DNA of 63,328 nucleotides, the filler included, from Choristocarpus tenellus KU-1152 (lineage: Eukaryota > Protista > Phaeophyceae), in assembly GCA_964200185.2 (NCBI GenBank). It is 12 parts of 12 records of this genome, joined end to end, with 100 filler letters (N's around TTAATTAATTAA, not from the genome) between each part and the next. Parts side by side here need not be neighbours in the genome. Positions count along the whole stretch, not along the records: positions 10,779 to 13,678 come from CAXNAD020023801.1; positions 13,779 to 17,142 come from CAXNAD020020524.1; positions 17,243 to 20,436 come from CAXNAD020021640.1; positions 20,537 to 23,945 come from CAXNAD020020235.1; positions 24,046 to 29,845 come from CAXNAD020009725.1; 7 more parts are not named here. One strand, given 5' to 3'. How positions within the stretch are numbered: the stretch's first letter is position 1; each line of letters opens with the position of its first letter. Of this stretch, positions 13,079 to 25,618 are shown one piece after another. Made by a program: the position numbers and the translations under genes. The notes beneath the pieces are model-generated. The model made no database searches. It worked only from the letters and a program-made list of their open reading frames with translations, and was not told where the DNA came from.

Positions 13079-14726
13079 TAGACACCATGGTGTTGACCCC
13101 CCCCTCCCCAGATACTTTGATCCAAGCCAAGCCCCGAACGGACAAATGTGGCAAAACTCCTACCCTCGTGAATGCTTTGGGTCAAAACTTTAGTAACCCC
13201 CCGAGCTACTGAGAATGCAGTCATGACTAACCGCTTGGTCCCTCAGGGGTTTACAAACGTTCTGACAAAACCTAATGCCAGGAACCGCAAGCTATTTGAC
13301 TTGGTGAAGTTTGGGCCAAGGGTTGCAATCCCTCTAATGAGGGACTAACTTCGGCGGAGCAGTTACTGAAGTGTGGTTGGGCCAGGACTCCCATAGATAT
13401 TACTCGTACTGCTTCACCAAAACTAACACGAGTGGCATGCCCACACTAACCACAGCACCACCACCTCCTCTATTGTTGACTTGGGGTGCACTGCCCACAT
13501 GGCTGATGTTAGAACATTAGTAAAAACCCTTGAGCTACCGAGAAAATAGTCAGCTGATTACCTACTTGGTAGCTCAGGGATATACTATGGTTCTAATAGC
13601 CTACCCCAGGCTTAAAGTATTTGGAGGGGGGGTGCTGGCTGTCCATCTGGGGTCAATTTTTTCATGTCGCGATTTTTGNNNNNNNNNNNNNNNNNNNNNN
13701 NNNNNNNNNNNNNNNNNNNNNNTTAATTAATTAANNNNNNNNNNNNNNNNNNNNNNNNNNNNNNNNNNNNNNNNNNNNCTAGCTTCATATCAGGCCCAGC
13801 TGATTGTCTCAAGAAAAAAAAAAATGAGGGGAGCGAGTTGCAATCCTAGACATTGCGTCTGTCTCTATTTTATACTTATTACACAAGAATGAAGTTAGGA
13901 GGGGGAAAAGGGAAGAGCAGACACATAGTAGATAGAGGGCAACTTGCTGAAGGCAAACAAATTAAAAAAAAAAGTCTCTCTTCTCTCTCCCCCCCAAATC
14001 CAATTCCCTAATACTCCCCCAGGGAACAGAAGTAAATCCTGGTGTTCCAAGAATATGTGTCACAGAAATGAAAATAATCACCATTCATCTCTGGGTAGTA
14101 TTCGGGGGGGAAGGGGGGGGGATGCTGCAGAAAGTACAAGTGGTTGCAGAAAACACACAAAGAATCTCCAACACTTCTCTTCCCCTGCACAACAGCCCCT
14201 CACTGGCATGGGTATGCTATCAGGATAAACGGCAATGTATATTTATATTTATTTCTGTCGCAAGCATCCACTGTCCTGGCAAAAACAAAAAATTGAACTT
14301 GTATCTCTTTAGAATCAAGGGGGGGGGGTTGTGCACACAACTATTCAGGGGTCAGGAGACCGGAGTGATCAGATGGTCGTCATGATGCAAGTACTGTACA
14401 ATGATTTGATGAGTTAATTGGAATTCATCGCATAAAACAAACGCAAGGTAACATCTGCTACAGGTCCCTCACTTCAAATCATATCAATCCACACCCTCTG
14501 CAACACTTTCTCTCACGAACAGCACTATCACCTTGGCACCCGAACGAAACCAGAGGAGCATGTGTTGGGTATCGCAGATTGACAGTTCATGCAATCATGA
14601 CAAGCAGTGCACTGCATCACATATACTATTACTGTTTTTCCATATGCTGCTGCTAGCTAAAAATAATGAACCTGCCATAAACCACCCCCCTCCACCCCCC
14701 AGCCCTACCCCCACACCTGCTCTCAC

Positions 14727-15009
14727 CTTCTGGCGGGTAGCAGCGACAAATTCCCTATCTCAGCCACCATGTGCTTAAGGTGCTTCCCATCCTTGCCAAC
14801 CTCTTTCCAGGTAAGTTGGTCCCCATCCACTGCCTGGGCTGTGTGTGCACTCTCCCTATCAACTACAGTTGCAGCATTCATTGCAGCTTGCTCCTCATGA
14901 GTGTAACGTCTCTCCATCTCCTCTGTGACATCCTTCTCTGCCTTTTGAGACAGGAATGGAACTCCTTCGGCTGCCCATGTCTGGAAGTTGAAGCCATTGT
15001 CAAAGATGG
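14727..15009 (-). CDS. Isolated exon of unknown protein (IFDNGFNFQTWAAEGVPFLSQKAEKDVTEEMERR...)
   Basis: Open frame bounded by cccag| acceptor and |gtgag donor. Confidence 0.5.
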
Positions 15010-15147
15010 CTGGGTTGGAGGTGGCGTCGTAAACATACATCAAAAAGAGAGAGACAGAATTGGGGAGGGAGTGAACGAGAGTGGAAATGGAGAGGTTAGA
15101 AGTGGGGAGGAGAGAGTGCGAAAAATCGATAGAAATAAATGGCGTAT

Positions 15148-15405
15148 GAGTAAAAGTATCTTAGAGGGTACGAGTTTTACCCTGTTTGTCCATTTGGGAA
15201 TTAGCTTCCCACAGGTGTTTTATGACATTTTCCTACTCCGATATGTTTCGGACTAGGTAAAATTTTCACCTTATGAAAAGGTGTGTCCGGAACAAGGATA
15301 TTGACACTTGCCCAAAAAATCGATAGTCAGAATTACATCAAAATCGGAACATTGGAATTTGACCTCCAAATGGACGTGGCTCTACGCTCTAAGATACTTT
15401 GGCTC
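15148..15405 (+). mobile_element. MITE-A
   Basis: TIR GAGTAAAAGTATCTTAGAG / CTCTAAGATACTTTGGCTC; TSD GTAT. Confidence 0.92.
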
Positions 15406-18400
15406 GTATGTTGAAGTGGGATTACCTCAGGAGGGGGGTCATCCTTTGGTTGGACGTCTGTCTGCCTGACCTGAGGAATGTCATTGAAGATGCCTGACAG
15501 GTGAACGTCTGGTCTGCAGCCCCTGATATGAAGCCATAGCTTGCTGTAGGTGCTGGGAACACAAAATTGTTGCAGGGTCGGGATTCCAGTGCTCCATCCT
15601 CTCTCCACCGGAAGCAGCAAACTCCGTATTGAGTAAGCATAAAAGATGAAGCCCCTAGGCGGCACTGATAGAAGCGCTCCTAGGTAGTAGGATGATGAGG
15701 ATTGTCACTATAGATGAACCCAATCAAAAGTCTCTCATACAAAACATTGCTCTGGAATATCTATTAGGTTACCCTCCCATGCAAACTAGTGGGAAGGTGG
15801 ATAACAGGAACTGCCTGAGTCTTTAACAACCAATGCTAGAATGATCTTGCAGTATCATGGAAGTGGTAGACCATAGACAAGCCTACCTTAGCCAGAGTTA
15901 AGCCTAATGTAGGCACTAATTTGCAGTACATCTGATGCTACCGTTCCTTTCAAAAAGAGAGCAATGAGTGAACGGTTACAGGACGAGCCACTCTTGTTTC
16001 CCCTGCTACGATATTGAAGACAACTGTATTACTGTTGTCGAGGATCTGGTTCTTGCATCGTGGAATCCTCGTGCGATCAGGGCTGGCTGTTGCTGGTTGA
16101 TGTCTCAGTAGAAAGGTGAAAAAGTACAAGAAAATATTTCGAGCTACTCGCAGAGCATAAAAGCTTATTTGCAATGAACGTAAGGATGGATGCCAAAGTA
16201 CATCACACTACATACTCCACAGCGTTTAGATTTCTTCAAGGACAAGCAGGTGTTGCTATCATTGAACTAGTGCCCAGTGGCAACTCACTGTCGCAGTATT
16301 ATCTTGTACCTACTGAAATCTACTGAAAAATCATTGAACCTGGATGGTATCTGTTATCTTGTTTCGCGACATGTAGGGCAGGCGGAGACCTGTGGAGCAA
16401 GAACCGTGGGAAGGGCATCGTATTACAACGCCCAGTCAAGGATTCGGAAATAACCGAGAAGAGTGCCACCGCAGTAATAGCACGGCGCATGTAACCTTTT
16501 CCAGCGAAATATTCACCAGTAGTGTACTCAGCTGTGCCAGAGACCGAACGAGGGTAAGCTGGATATAACGATAGGGTTAACCACTGAAAATTTCGAGGTG
16601 GTCATGGAAAAAGATAGCGAGAGCTGGCTGCAGCACGTCAACCGAGGGGTAGATTTCCTTGGAGGCAGTAATAGGATTTTTCAAAGATGAAATATAATCA
16701 TCATGGGGTCGAAGCCTGTCAGACCGTAGAGACTGTACCAGTAAATTCGCAATCCACTGCCACGAAATCTGCATCATTGATGGCTTGGATAAGCTTGTGT
16801 TGATCTTCCTCGAAGTTTACCGAAGTTATGTTCATCGTGAAGAAAACGCCGAGGATAGTCGATGTCGGAGATTACTCTTCTGCTTGTTGATGGAGTTGTG
16901 GAGGTGTTGGCGGGTAGGACTTGGTGGAGTGTTTTTTGTTTGGTGATAGGGGTTTGGATCAAGGATATACTGATAATAATAAAAATAAAAATAAACTGAT
17001 TTTTTATAATACAAAATTAAGTCGAAGTACAACAATATGTCGATCAATACTATATCCAACTTAAAAATACATAATTATAGGATAGTTTTATTTCTTTAGG
17101 GCTAATAACGACATGTATAAATATAGTTTTCATTGGTTTCCCNNNNNNNNNNNNNNNNNNNNNNNNNNNNNNNNNNNNNNNNNNNNTTAATTAATTAANN
17201 NNNNNNNNNNNNNNNNNNNNNNNNNNNNNNNNNNNNNNNNNNCCCCCCCAGTTACTTTGGGTCAGAGTAGAGGAGGAAGAAGAAGCGAGAGTGGTTGTTG
17301 ACCTGTGACTGCACAGTGTTATTTTTCGTTGCAAATTGTTATGTTGAACGAACATCAAATACATTGAGAAGAATGGATTAAACGTAGGTCACTTACTTCT
17401 CACATGTGCTTGTGTGTACAACAACAACAGCACATCACATATCTAACATGAACAGCGACCGATTTTTTTCGTGCATCCTCACATCACACACTAAAATTCT
17501 CAGCATCTTGGAGTCACTACTTGTATTATTTATACAAGAAAAAAAAGTGCATGTCCCATAAGATCAAACTAATTGGCAAATACTACTGGATGGAGTTGTG
17601 GGTGTTGAAATAATAATATGCATCAACAGTAGTACAAGACATAGCCTATGCCTACACTGCTGCTAGAGATATATACGCATAGAAGCTAGTTGTTAGCTCA
17701 GTACCATTGTGTAATCAAGCTTGTATGTAGACTGATACGAGCTTCTACTATGTGTGTATTTGCAAAACACAAACTTCTGTCTTCGGGTTGCTTTAGTAGC
17801 ACGTATAGACAACACTCATTTACCTATTTCCTTGATGAGCAAAGTATGTATAAGGAGATTGTAGTCAGTCGAGAAATCAAAGGGAGACTTGGGGAAGATA
17901 GGAGGAAATAGGTGGTTGCTTTCCGATATTGTCCATCAATGTAACTGCTAATAGGATCCCCACCAAAAGAGTAGGGCACACTAACTGGCATAGGACTCAA
18001 GCAGGTGGTGGTAGTTGGAGTTTTGTTGAGGACAGTACCAGAACTCATTTCATGGGCATCTGTCTGAGACCCATCGGATAGATATGTGCTATAGAACAGT
18101 CAAGTGAGAGACGCAATGCTGTAAGTGGATGTCGTCATGAGTGCACTCAGAGAAGAAAATACCATGGTAGGCAAGGACAAAAACAAGGAAAGAGCACCAT
18201 ATATGTTGAAGAAAGATTCTATGTCCGTAGTTATTTTCCAAATGCTCGAGAAAATTATTTTCTCGTAGTTATACTCACTGTAGAGTATTTAAAGTTATAT
18301 GCATACCTGAATAGTTAGCAATGGCTTATGTACAAGAAGAATGTAACACCATCCAAGGTCTAAGAATTGCGTTACTCTACGAGACTGGTGGTCGAGTAGA

Positions 18401-18762
18401 CACTACATCTTGCAAGTTGCTAAACGTTCAGTCCACGCAAAGGTCGATAACCTCCTTGCACTTCAAGAAGAAATCGTATTGATGGCATAGAAGGTATATC
18501 AGAAGGCACAACAACACCAACACAACACCAGACACTAAGGTGTACAGTAGAAATTCGCCAGGCTAAGATTGAATCGAAAGGACCGAGTAACTGCTCTTCT
18601 TAGGCCCTTGGCTAGCAATGACACTCGAAAAAAAACGGACAATAAGCAGATCCCAAAGGTCAATTCTGCTCGGTACATCATAATAATCATTCCCCGTCGC
18701 CAGCCTTTCCTCCGTGGAACGGACGAGCGATGATCGTAGAAAGTTTAAGGGACATCTACACC

Positions 18763-18893
18763 AGCAACACACTACACACACGACTTGAAAACTATCTCAA
18801 CATTGGTGGGCAACCATAAGAGGTATGGCCAAATCAGCAACACACTACACACACGAAATGAAAACTATCTCAACATTGGTGAGCAACCATAGA
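18763..18893 (+). repeat. ~70-bp tandem duplication downstream of the Cys-rich gene
   Basis: CAACACACTACACACACGA..AAACTATCTCAACATTGGTG occurs twice. Confidence 0.85.
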
Positions 18894-18964
18894 GGGATGA
18901 ATGACCAACCCCCACGGCCCCAAACCAATGCAACCCAACTCAAACAGTACTGCAACTCTTGGAA

Positions 18965-19402
18965 TCAAGCATCGAGAAGGACGCGACGGTAGATATTCTT
19001 CGATAACTCCTCCATAGTGGAGCACAAGGGGAAGTACTTTCCCTTCTGCCTGATCTTCTTTTGCAGCTTTGACTTCTTGAAGAAGCACTTGCGGCAGTTC
19101 TCGACTCCCAATCTACCACACCCAGCACCGATGACCTTGGGCAAATCGGAACACCTCTTGTCGCACTTGACCGTTTTCTTCCTCTCCATCACCACGCAAT
19201 CGTCGTCTCGGACAGACAATTGTTTTTCGTCATCTTTGTCGAGGCAATACTTTCTGGGCATCGTGGGACAATTGTACCGGTTGCATCCTCCTCCTCTCCT
19301 GCGACGACTGGAACGGGAAGCTTGCACTGAGTGTAAGGTTGTCGATAGTAGTGCGATCACGATTACAAACCACTGAAGGATCCGATATGTTGAAAAGGTC
19401 AT
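18965..19402 (-). CDS. Secreted cationic cysteine-rich protein (145 aa, 10 Cys)
   Basis: Intronless ORF from MTFSTY; hydrophobic signal-like WFVIVIALLSTTLHSVQA, then RRRR and a K/R-rich Cys domain; TATA-like TATATAA ~110 bp upstream. Confidence 0.7.
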   Translation of the reverse strand: MTFSTYRILQWFVIVIALLSTTLHSVQASRSSRRRRGGGCNRYNCPTMPRKYCLDKDDEKQLSVRDDDCVVMERKKTVKCDKRCSDLPKVIGAGCGRLGVENCRKCFFKKSKLQKKIRQKGKYFPLCSTMEELSKNIYRRVLLDA

Positions 19403-20089
19403 GGTATTGAGGACGTGAACGGATCTCACAATAGTAGTTGAGTTCGTATGATGGTGCGATGGTGAATGAAACTGGGGCGCCGTCTGGATTGAGAGGTGAT
19501 GTGTTTGTAGGTTATATATTACTTTATTTTATCTATCACTATTTCGGAATTTGAGAGACAATTTATTATTCTGCACAATAAGGAGCCATCCATGGTTGGA
19601 GGATCCAATAAATAACTTGTCAATGGATAGAGAAAAATGTCTAGTTCTACCCTTAGAATATTGTTAGAGGTGAATATACTCGTTGTTGTGTGAAGAATTA
19701 GAACATTGCGGACAGACATGTAGAGATGTAGGGAGATTTAGCAAATAGAAGGCGGAGTAAAGATAATATTATAATATAAAACTATTTTCATTATTCTTAA
19801 GAATACCATTAAGAAATAGCATTGATATTTTTTCACCAATAAATATTTGTGTTTTCTTGCATTTTCGATATTTCAGAGTGTTGTATCATATTTTTTCGGT
19901 ATACATTAATCACAAACTTAAACCATTATACTATAACTTCAAACACAGAAACATGTAGCGGGATCTTTTCTACTAATACCGTTCTAATACAGCAATCTAC
20001 AATACCATATTTTATTATTCTACAATACCTTTGTATTCTCTGTTGTTCAGAATCCACAATCTACACTACGAATTTTCTTCGCACTCAAT

Positions 20090-20434
20090 TCAACCATCCC
20101 TAACACTATTCCGCCTCATTCCTCTAATTTTTCCTGAATTGTTCCACAGTTTACATCTTTTCTTGCATTTTGGAAGATAGGATAGGATATCCAATGCATT
20201 GATAGTGAATGTGGTCCTTCTTTCTTCGCAAGGAACATTTGTCCTTCCAGGAAGGTAGACAACTGCAATAACACAACTACAGGAAAACTTGCACCTGCCT
20301 CGATTTGAAATAATTGGTCTTAGTCTTACAGTCACACAATAACATGCACGCCCATTATTGGTAAAAGACGTACACCAGAGGATTTTCAAAATTGGGGATG
20401 GAGCGGGACTACGAGGATGGTTGTTTTGCGAAAA
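20090..20434 (-). CDS. 5'-truncated cationic Cys-rich protein (9 Cys)
   Basis: Frame is open to the contig edge; ...WCTSF..ACYC..RCKFSCSC..KCKKRCK. Confidence 0.45.
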   Translation of the reverse strand, partial: FSQNNHPRSPAPSPILKILWCTSFTNNGRACYCVTVRLRPIISNRGRCKFSCSCVIAVVYLPGRTNVPCEERRTTFTINALDILSYLPKCKKRCKLWNNSGKIRGMRRNSVRDG

Positions 20435-21465
20435 CGNNNNNNNNNNNNNNNNNNNNNNNNNNNNNNNNNNNNNNNNNNNNTTAATTAATTAANNNNNNNN
20501 NNNNNNNNNNNNNNNNNNNNNNNNNNNNNNNNNNNNTTTCACTTCACCGCTTTTTTGCCAAAATACCACCCCTGTGTGGAAACTCCCCCCCCCCCCCCCC
20601 CAGATACTTTGGGTCTTCCTCTGTGTGACATACAAGGAATGGTCTACCGGATGGGATAGATCAGATCCAACACAGATTTTTCTCTTCCCCTGGCTCTCAT
20701 AGGACCTGGCAATGTTGATGGCGTTAATGGCATCCTCTCCCAGCTATTGAGAGCCGGTGCGTAGTGCCTGAGTTTTCTTGTTTGCCCTTCTCGTCTACAT
20801 CATTTTTTTCCCCCTTTTTTTATTGTTACTTCTTTTATATTGTCTTTTTTTCTCTTTTTTAAATTGAGTTTCATTTCATTACATTTGGCCGTGGGTTTGG
20901 GACTCCTCAGACTAAGGTGAACATCAATAACATTACAAGTGGTCCTCTCAAGTAGTAGTTATCTGTTTACAGGCCAACAATTCCGGTCTGAGAGGATTCT
21001 GAAACTGGAGCACAACAAGTCAGACACCAACATCATACATGAGAATCAGAACACAGTGGGGATGCAGGGAGGGATGAGTAGACAGAGCCCCTTCCTCCTG
21101 CATATGGATAGGGGGAGAATAAATAGACAGCTTGAGGATACTGCTGTTCAACAACCCATCCTCTACGAGCAGACAAACCAATGGGAAGAAGCAGTAACAA
21201 TTTCTGTACCCTGACCCAGCACGGTGGACACCCTCTCAAGGAGTTCATAAGCAATGGCCTAGCCTCAATGGCCTTTTCAATCCTATTCCCACATGGTGAG
21301 GGTGGCCCTACATGCTTGGACAGGTGGAGAATCGTTAGTCCAGCCGAAACACTCAAGCACCTACTGTGGCGAGTGAATCCTGAAAGCATTATCTTTTTGC
21401 TATCCCCTAGTGTTTTTTGCACTGGGTACGAAATAATCTTGAGTAACAGATTCTCCAAATAGATG

Positions 21466-21723
21466 GACCCAAAGCATTTAAGAGGGTAGGAGTTTTGCCC
21501 TGGTTTGTCTGTTCGGGGCTTGCCTTCCCAGGTTCTTTTTTAATGCCCATTTTTCAGTTTTCTGCATGAACACATTTACCTAAAATGTATACAACTATGA
21601 AAGGTATATCTGGAGCAAGGATATTGAAACTTGCTAACACTAAGGTCAAAATTAATCAAAGTCGCAACATTGGATTTATGACCCCAAACGGACGTGACCC
21701 TCCTCTCTTAAATGCTTTGGCTC
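21466..21723 (+). mobile_element. MITE-A (AAAGCAT subfamily)
   Basis: TIR GACCCAAAGCATTTAAGAG / CTCTTAAATGCTTTGGCTC; TSD ATG. Confidence 0.88.
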
Positions 21724-22852
21724 ATGCTTCGAAATATGAATTAACCTCCTGCAGAATGCCAGTGACACGACACTATCTAGCTGTTGTTCAACTCCACCTT
21801 CACCGATGCATGCAAGGAGACCATGCTGGTGCACCGCCCAATGAATGTACTGATGTACTGTACATATGGGTATGCAAGAAATGAGGAACTTCAATCAACT
21901 TTTTCTTGGAAGAGTTGTGATTCTGTCTTCTTTACCCTCCAAGTTGCAGACAGCCACTGACCCGACTTGACATAGATACTGCCTAAACACTACACTTATG
22001 ATACTGAGGGCACAAGGAGGGTAGTCATAGAAAGATCCGCACCTTATGGACTAGTACTCTTGAGAGTCATTTGAGGGCAATGATATGATCGCCTTCGATT
22101 GAGTGCTGCAATGCAAGCGGAGGTGGTTAACGAGAGATTATCATCGTCTAATGGTCTTCACCGTAATGCCATACGCTTGTCCATCTCACACAAAATAAAT
22201 TCCGTTCATGTACCCTCAGCGTTTCTCCAAAACTGCTTTTCCTACTCCTTTATATTCATATTTCTGACCTTATTCACTGCACATCTCCTCCCTATTGAAT
22301 TTGAGCTTCACCCAAACTCATTTTTATATCCCCTTCATCATCAGTCTCTCTCCCTTCAAAAAGAAGAATGAAATGCACTTGCTACAACCAAATTTTCATC
22401 GGTTGCCCCCACTTCCTCCAAAGCCACTTTGGGTCAGCACCTACACACCTCCATCCACGTTTGTGTTGCCTTCTCCACTCCCTCCCCAGTATTGGATTTG
22501 TACGTTGCTTCACTTGAGTCAGGCCCACGCATTGATCAACGCCATGCACGCTATCACCTTCTCCAAACGCACTTCTCACATACCCTCACCAAACACAATA
22601 TGTACATTTGTTTGTGATACGAACCAAGTTCGTACACCTCGAGAATAGCAAGGATATAGGACAGAATGATGGTAGCATGAACCTACACTATCTGCAGCCT
22701 CATGCTACATCCTGGAAGAGCTAGGGCTAACTTCCTGATCATCCTAAATTGGGATACTGACACGGGTTGCTTGGACAGGTGCACCATCAAGGGGACAAGG
22801 AGAGGAGGGTTCATCATTGATATATTATTGTGTGTATCTTACGCCAGGTTGA

Positions 22853-23109
22853 GAGAGAAGTATCTTAGAGGGGTGCGAGTTTTGCCCTGTTTGCCGGTTT
22901 GGGGCTTGGCTTCCCGTGGGTTTTTATGCCCCTTTCCTACTCCGAAAAGTTTCGGAGTAGGTAAAATGTATACATTATGAAAAGGTGGGTCCGAAACAAA
23001 GATATTGATACTTCCTAACAAACACGATGGTCAAAATTACATCAAAACCGCAACATTGGATTTTGCCCCCCAAACGAACCCAGCTCTACCCTCTAAATTA
23101 CTTTGACTC
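22853..23109 (+). mobile_element. MITE-A
   Basis: TIRs; internal hairpin CCTACTCCGAAA-AG-TTTCGGAGTAGG; TSD TGA. Confidence 0.9.
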
Positions 23110-24295
23110 TGAGACAGAAGCAGATCACATGCTGTCCAGACTTCGAAATGCTCTCCTTGAGTTGGTTTGGTCGATGTGCACAATTACACAGAAAAAACGT
23201 AGTATCCTCGTACAATACTAGTTTCTCTCCAGCTATATTGCATACATAAGGCTTGATCTAGACCCTGATGCACCACATCATGTATGTTTAGGATGAGGTG
23301 ACCAGGAAGTTGTAAGAATTGAGTATGGTGGCCTACTATGCTCCATGAGAAGTTGACCATAGCATGGAATCACTCCAGTTTGCAAGCAATCACAAGGTTG
23401 GTAGGGAGGAGGTGCCTATGCCCCATTAGCATTTTCCAAAAGCATTGTCATCGTCTTTCATTTCCTCACCAACAGTCAAATCAGTTATTGACGCCCTTTG
23501 TACTGCAAGGTGAGAGTCTTCTAGCTCACTGAACTTGGACGGGCAGTCCTCAAGAGGCCTGGTAGGAGGAGGATAGATGACAAGAGAGAATTCAACGACC
23601 GGCGATTGATGCATGCCAAAAAGAGGTTCCTTTTTGAAGGAGGACCTGAGGAGGGAATGATGGTCCTAGAGAGCTATCTTGAAGAGTTTATGTGCCTGGA
23701 AAAGGAGGGAGACTGAGGATGAGGAGCTTGATTGTGATGAACCCGATACATGGGTAATGGTTGCTGCAATAGGCCATGGAAAATGCCTTTATTACCATAG
23801 AGATAGATGGTGGGAGTCAGCAATACAACAAGAACCACCACGAGGTTGATGATAATCTCAACAAACTCTGTGGATGGTGGGAGGAGTGACTAAGGTGGAA
23901 TGACCCCTGCCGAAGGGATGAGGCTCACAGTATCTGGGGGGGGGANNNNNNNNNNNNNNNNNNNNNNNNNNNNNNNNNNNNNNNNNNNNTTAATTAATTA
24001 ANNNNNNNNNNNNNNNNNNNNNNNNNNNNNNNNNNNNNNNNNNNNCCCCCCCACCCCACCCTATCTCAGAAAACGGGGAATTTGAAGACCTGCTCCAGGG
24101 GGGTTGGAAACGGAGTAAAGAGAGTACAGCAAACGTGAGTATTGTAGCCAAAATTGGTACGTGCCTAGTTTCGTATCTTACAATTTTGTTTGCGTCACAA
24201 CCCTTCATTACTGAATTCTTATATTATTCTGCCCGTAATTGTTTTTTAACTTGGGTTCGCCTTCACTTATTGTCAACCTCATCATCCCCCTGCAG

Positions 24296-24800
24296 TCCTC
24301 TTTCGAGTATAGAAGCGTGCACTATTTCACCCTTCTTTGGGCGTGCAATCCCAATGCGGTTTTTGATTTGCTGAAAGAAAAGATGGACTTCATTAACCAG
24401 TTAAAAACAAAGGTAAGCGCATTTTCACTTCTTACTCGCTAACATTCTACCTCACTGTAGTGTGTCATTCCACTGGGGGTAACAGGAGTTTTTGTGACTA
24501 TCGAGCTTGTGATATTTTTTATTACCCGTGTAGACCGGGATGTTAACAATATATTCGTGGAATTTTCGACCTCGCCTTGCTAAAACAAACCTATTTTCCC
24601 CGTCATTCCATTGACAGATGTTGTCGACCCTCAAGGAAGAATACGTTGTTCGCATGAGCCAGGATGTTCTGTCGGGAGAGGGGTTGCAAATGTTGGGAGA
24701 TGAAATGCCTGAAGACCGCAACTGATCAGAAATAGTCCGAATGGCTGCAGACGTGTTCTCAAAGGATGCTGCAAGGATACTGCCATCGGATACACTCTGA
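24296..24800 (+). pseudogene. Two-exon fragment of unknown gene with an in-frame TGA
   Basis: cag|SSFEYRSVHYFTLLW...LKTK|gtaag and cag|MLSTLKEEYVV...DRN*SEIVRM; phase 0-0. Confidence 0.4.
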
Positions 24801-25011
24801 CTCTTAAAAACAATTACAGTGTCACTATCATTTATCTGATAAGGTGATGTGTGTGTAGAATATATATGAGTATATGAAACGACAGGCAGCATATCTAGCA
24901 CGTCCCAGCCAGTGGGAAAGAGGACTCTTTCAAGGACTGGGTAAGCATCCCCTTCCCTTCACTATGCCTATGAACAAATTGATCACTTTCCATTACTTCC
25001 AACCTCACTCT

Positions 25012-25562
25012 CAGAATCAGAAAATTTGAAGGAGATAGGATTGCATCTGTTGTGCGTACCAAAACCCAGTTTGTGAATTTTATATGATCTTAATTTACAA
25101 ATTGATCGCTTTCAATTACTTAAAAAGTCACTCCCAGAATCAGAAAAATTGAAGGAGATAGGGTCACACATGTTGTGGGTACCAAAACCCAGTTTGCGAA
25201 TTTTATATGATCTTGATTTACTTTCATCCTCAGTATCACAATATTTTTTTTCAAGGGAGATATGGTTGTATCTGTTGTGGGTACCAAATCGAAGATTTAA
25301 TTAGAAATTTATAGGAGATAGGGTCGCACCTGTTGTGGGTACTAAAAACCAGTTTGAGAATTGTATATGATCTTGATTTACTTTCGTCCTCAGTATTACA
25401 ATAATTTTTTTCAAGGGAAATAGGGTTGTATCTGATGTGGGTACCAAATCGAAGATTGAATCAGAAAATTTGTAGGAGATAGGGTTGCACCTGTTGTGGG
25501 TACCAAAACTCAGTTTGTGAACTTTATTTGATCCTGATTTACTTTCATCCTCAGTATCACAG
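25012..25562 (+). repeat. Composite tandem repeat (core AGGAGATAGGGTTGCACCTGTTGTGGGTACCAAA, ~6 copies)
   Basis: Visible repeated units. Confidence 0.85.
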
Positions 25563-25618
25563 TTAAAATGTTTAAGGGAGTTGAGTTAGGGTCGTATATG
25601 TTATGAGGAATACACAAG

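Larger units (their letters stand above)
11865..13123. mobile_element. MITE-B, split by a TG..CA element
   Basis: GGCTCAAAGTATCTGG ... CCCAGATACTTTGATCC; halves match the copies at 53336 and 63119. Confidence 0.85.
11664..13183 (-). mobile_element. MITE-A (AAAGCAT subfamily), split by MITE-B
   Basis: TIR GAGTCAAAGCAT..AGAGGGTAGG / CCTACCCTC..ATGCTTTGGGTC; halves at 11664-11864 and 13124-13183. Confidence 0.85.
11331..13608 (+). mobile_element. Internally deleted copia family 2 internal region with duplicated protease segment, interrupted by nested insertions
   Basis: IVDLDCTAHM (~11622-11651) and IVDLGCTAHM (~13472-13501) match the copia protease motif IVDSGxTxHM; ~140-bp direct repeat 11524-11663 / 13380-13515. 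Confidence 0.6.

Noticed and set aside
23110-23900. Faint CRE-type RT echo (TVGEEMK); similar RLE echo at 15406-15700
   Set aside because: Too degenerate to call without a profile search
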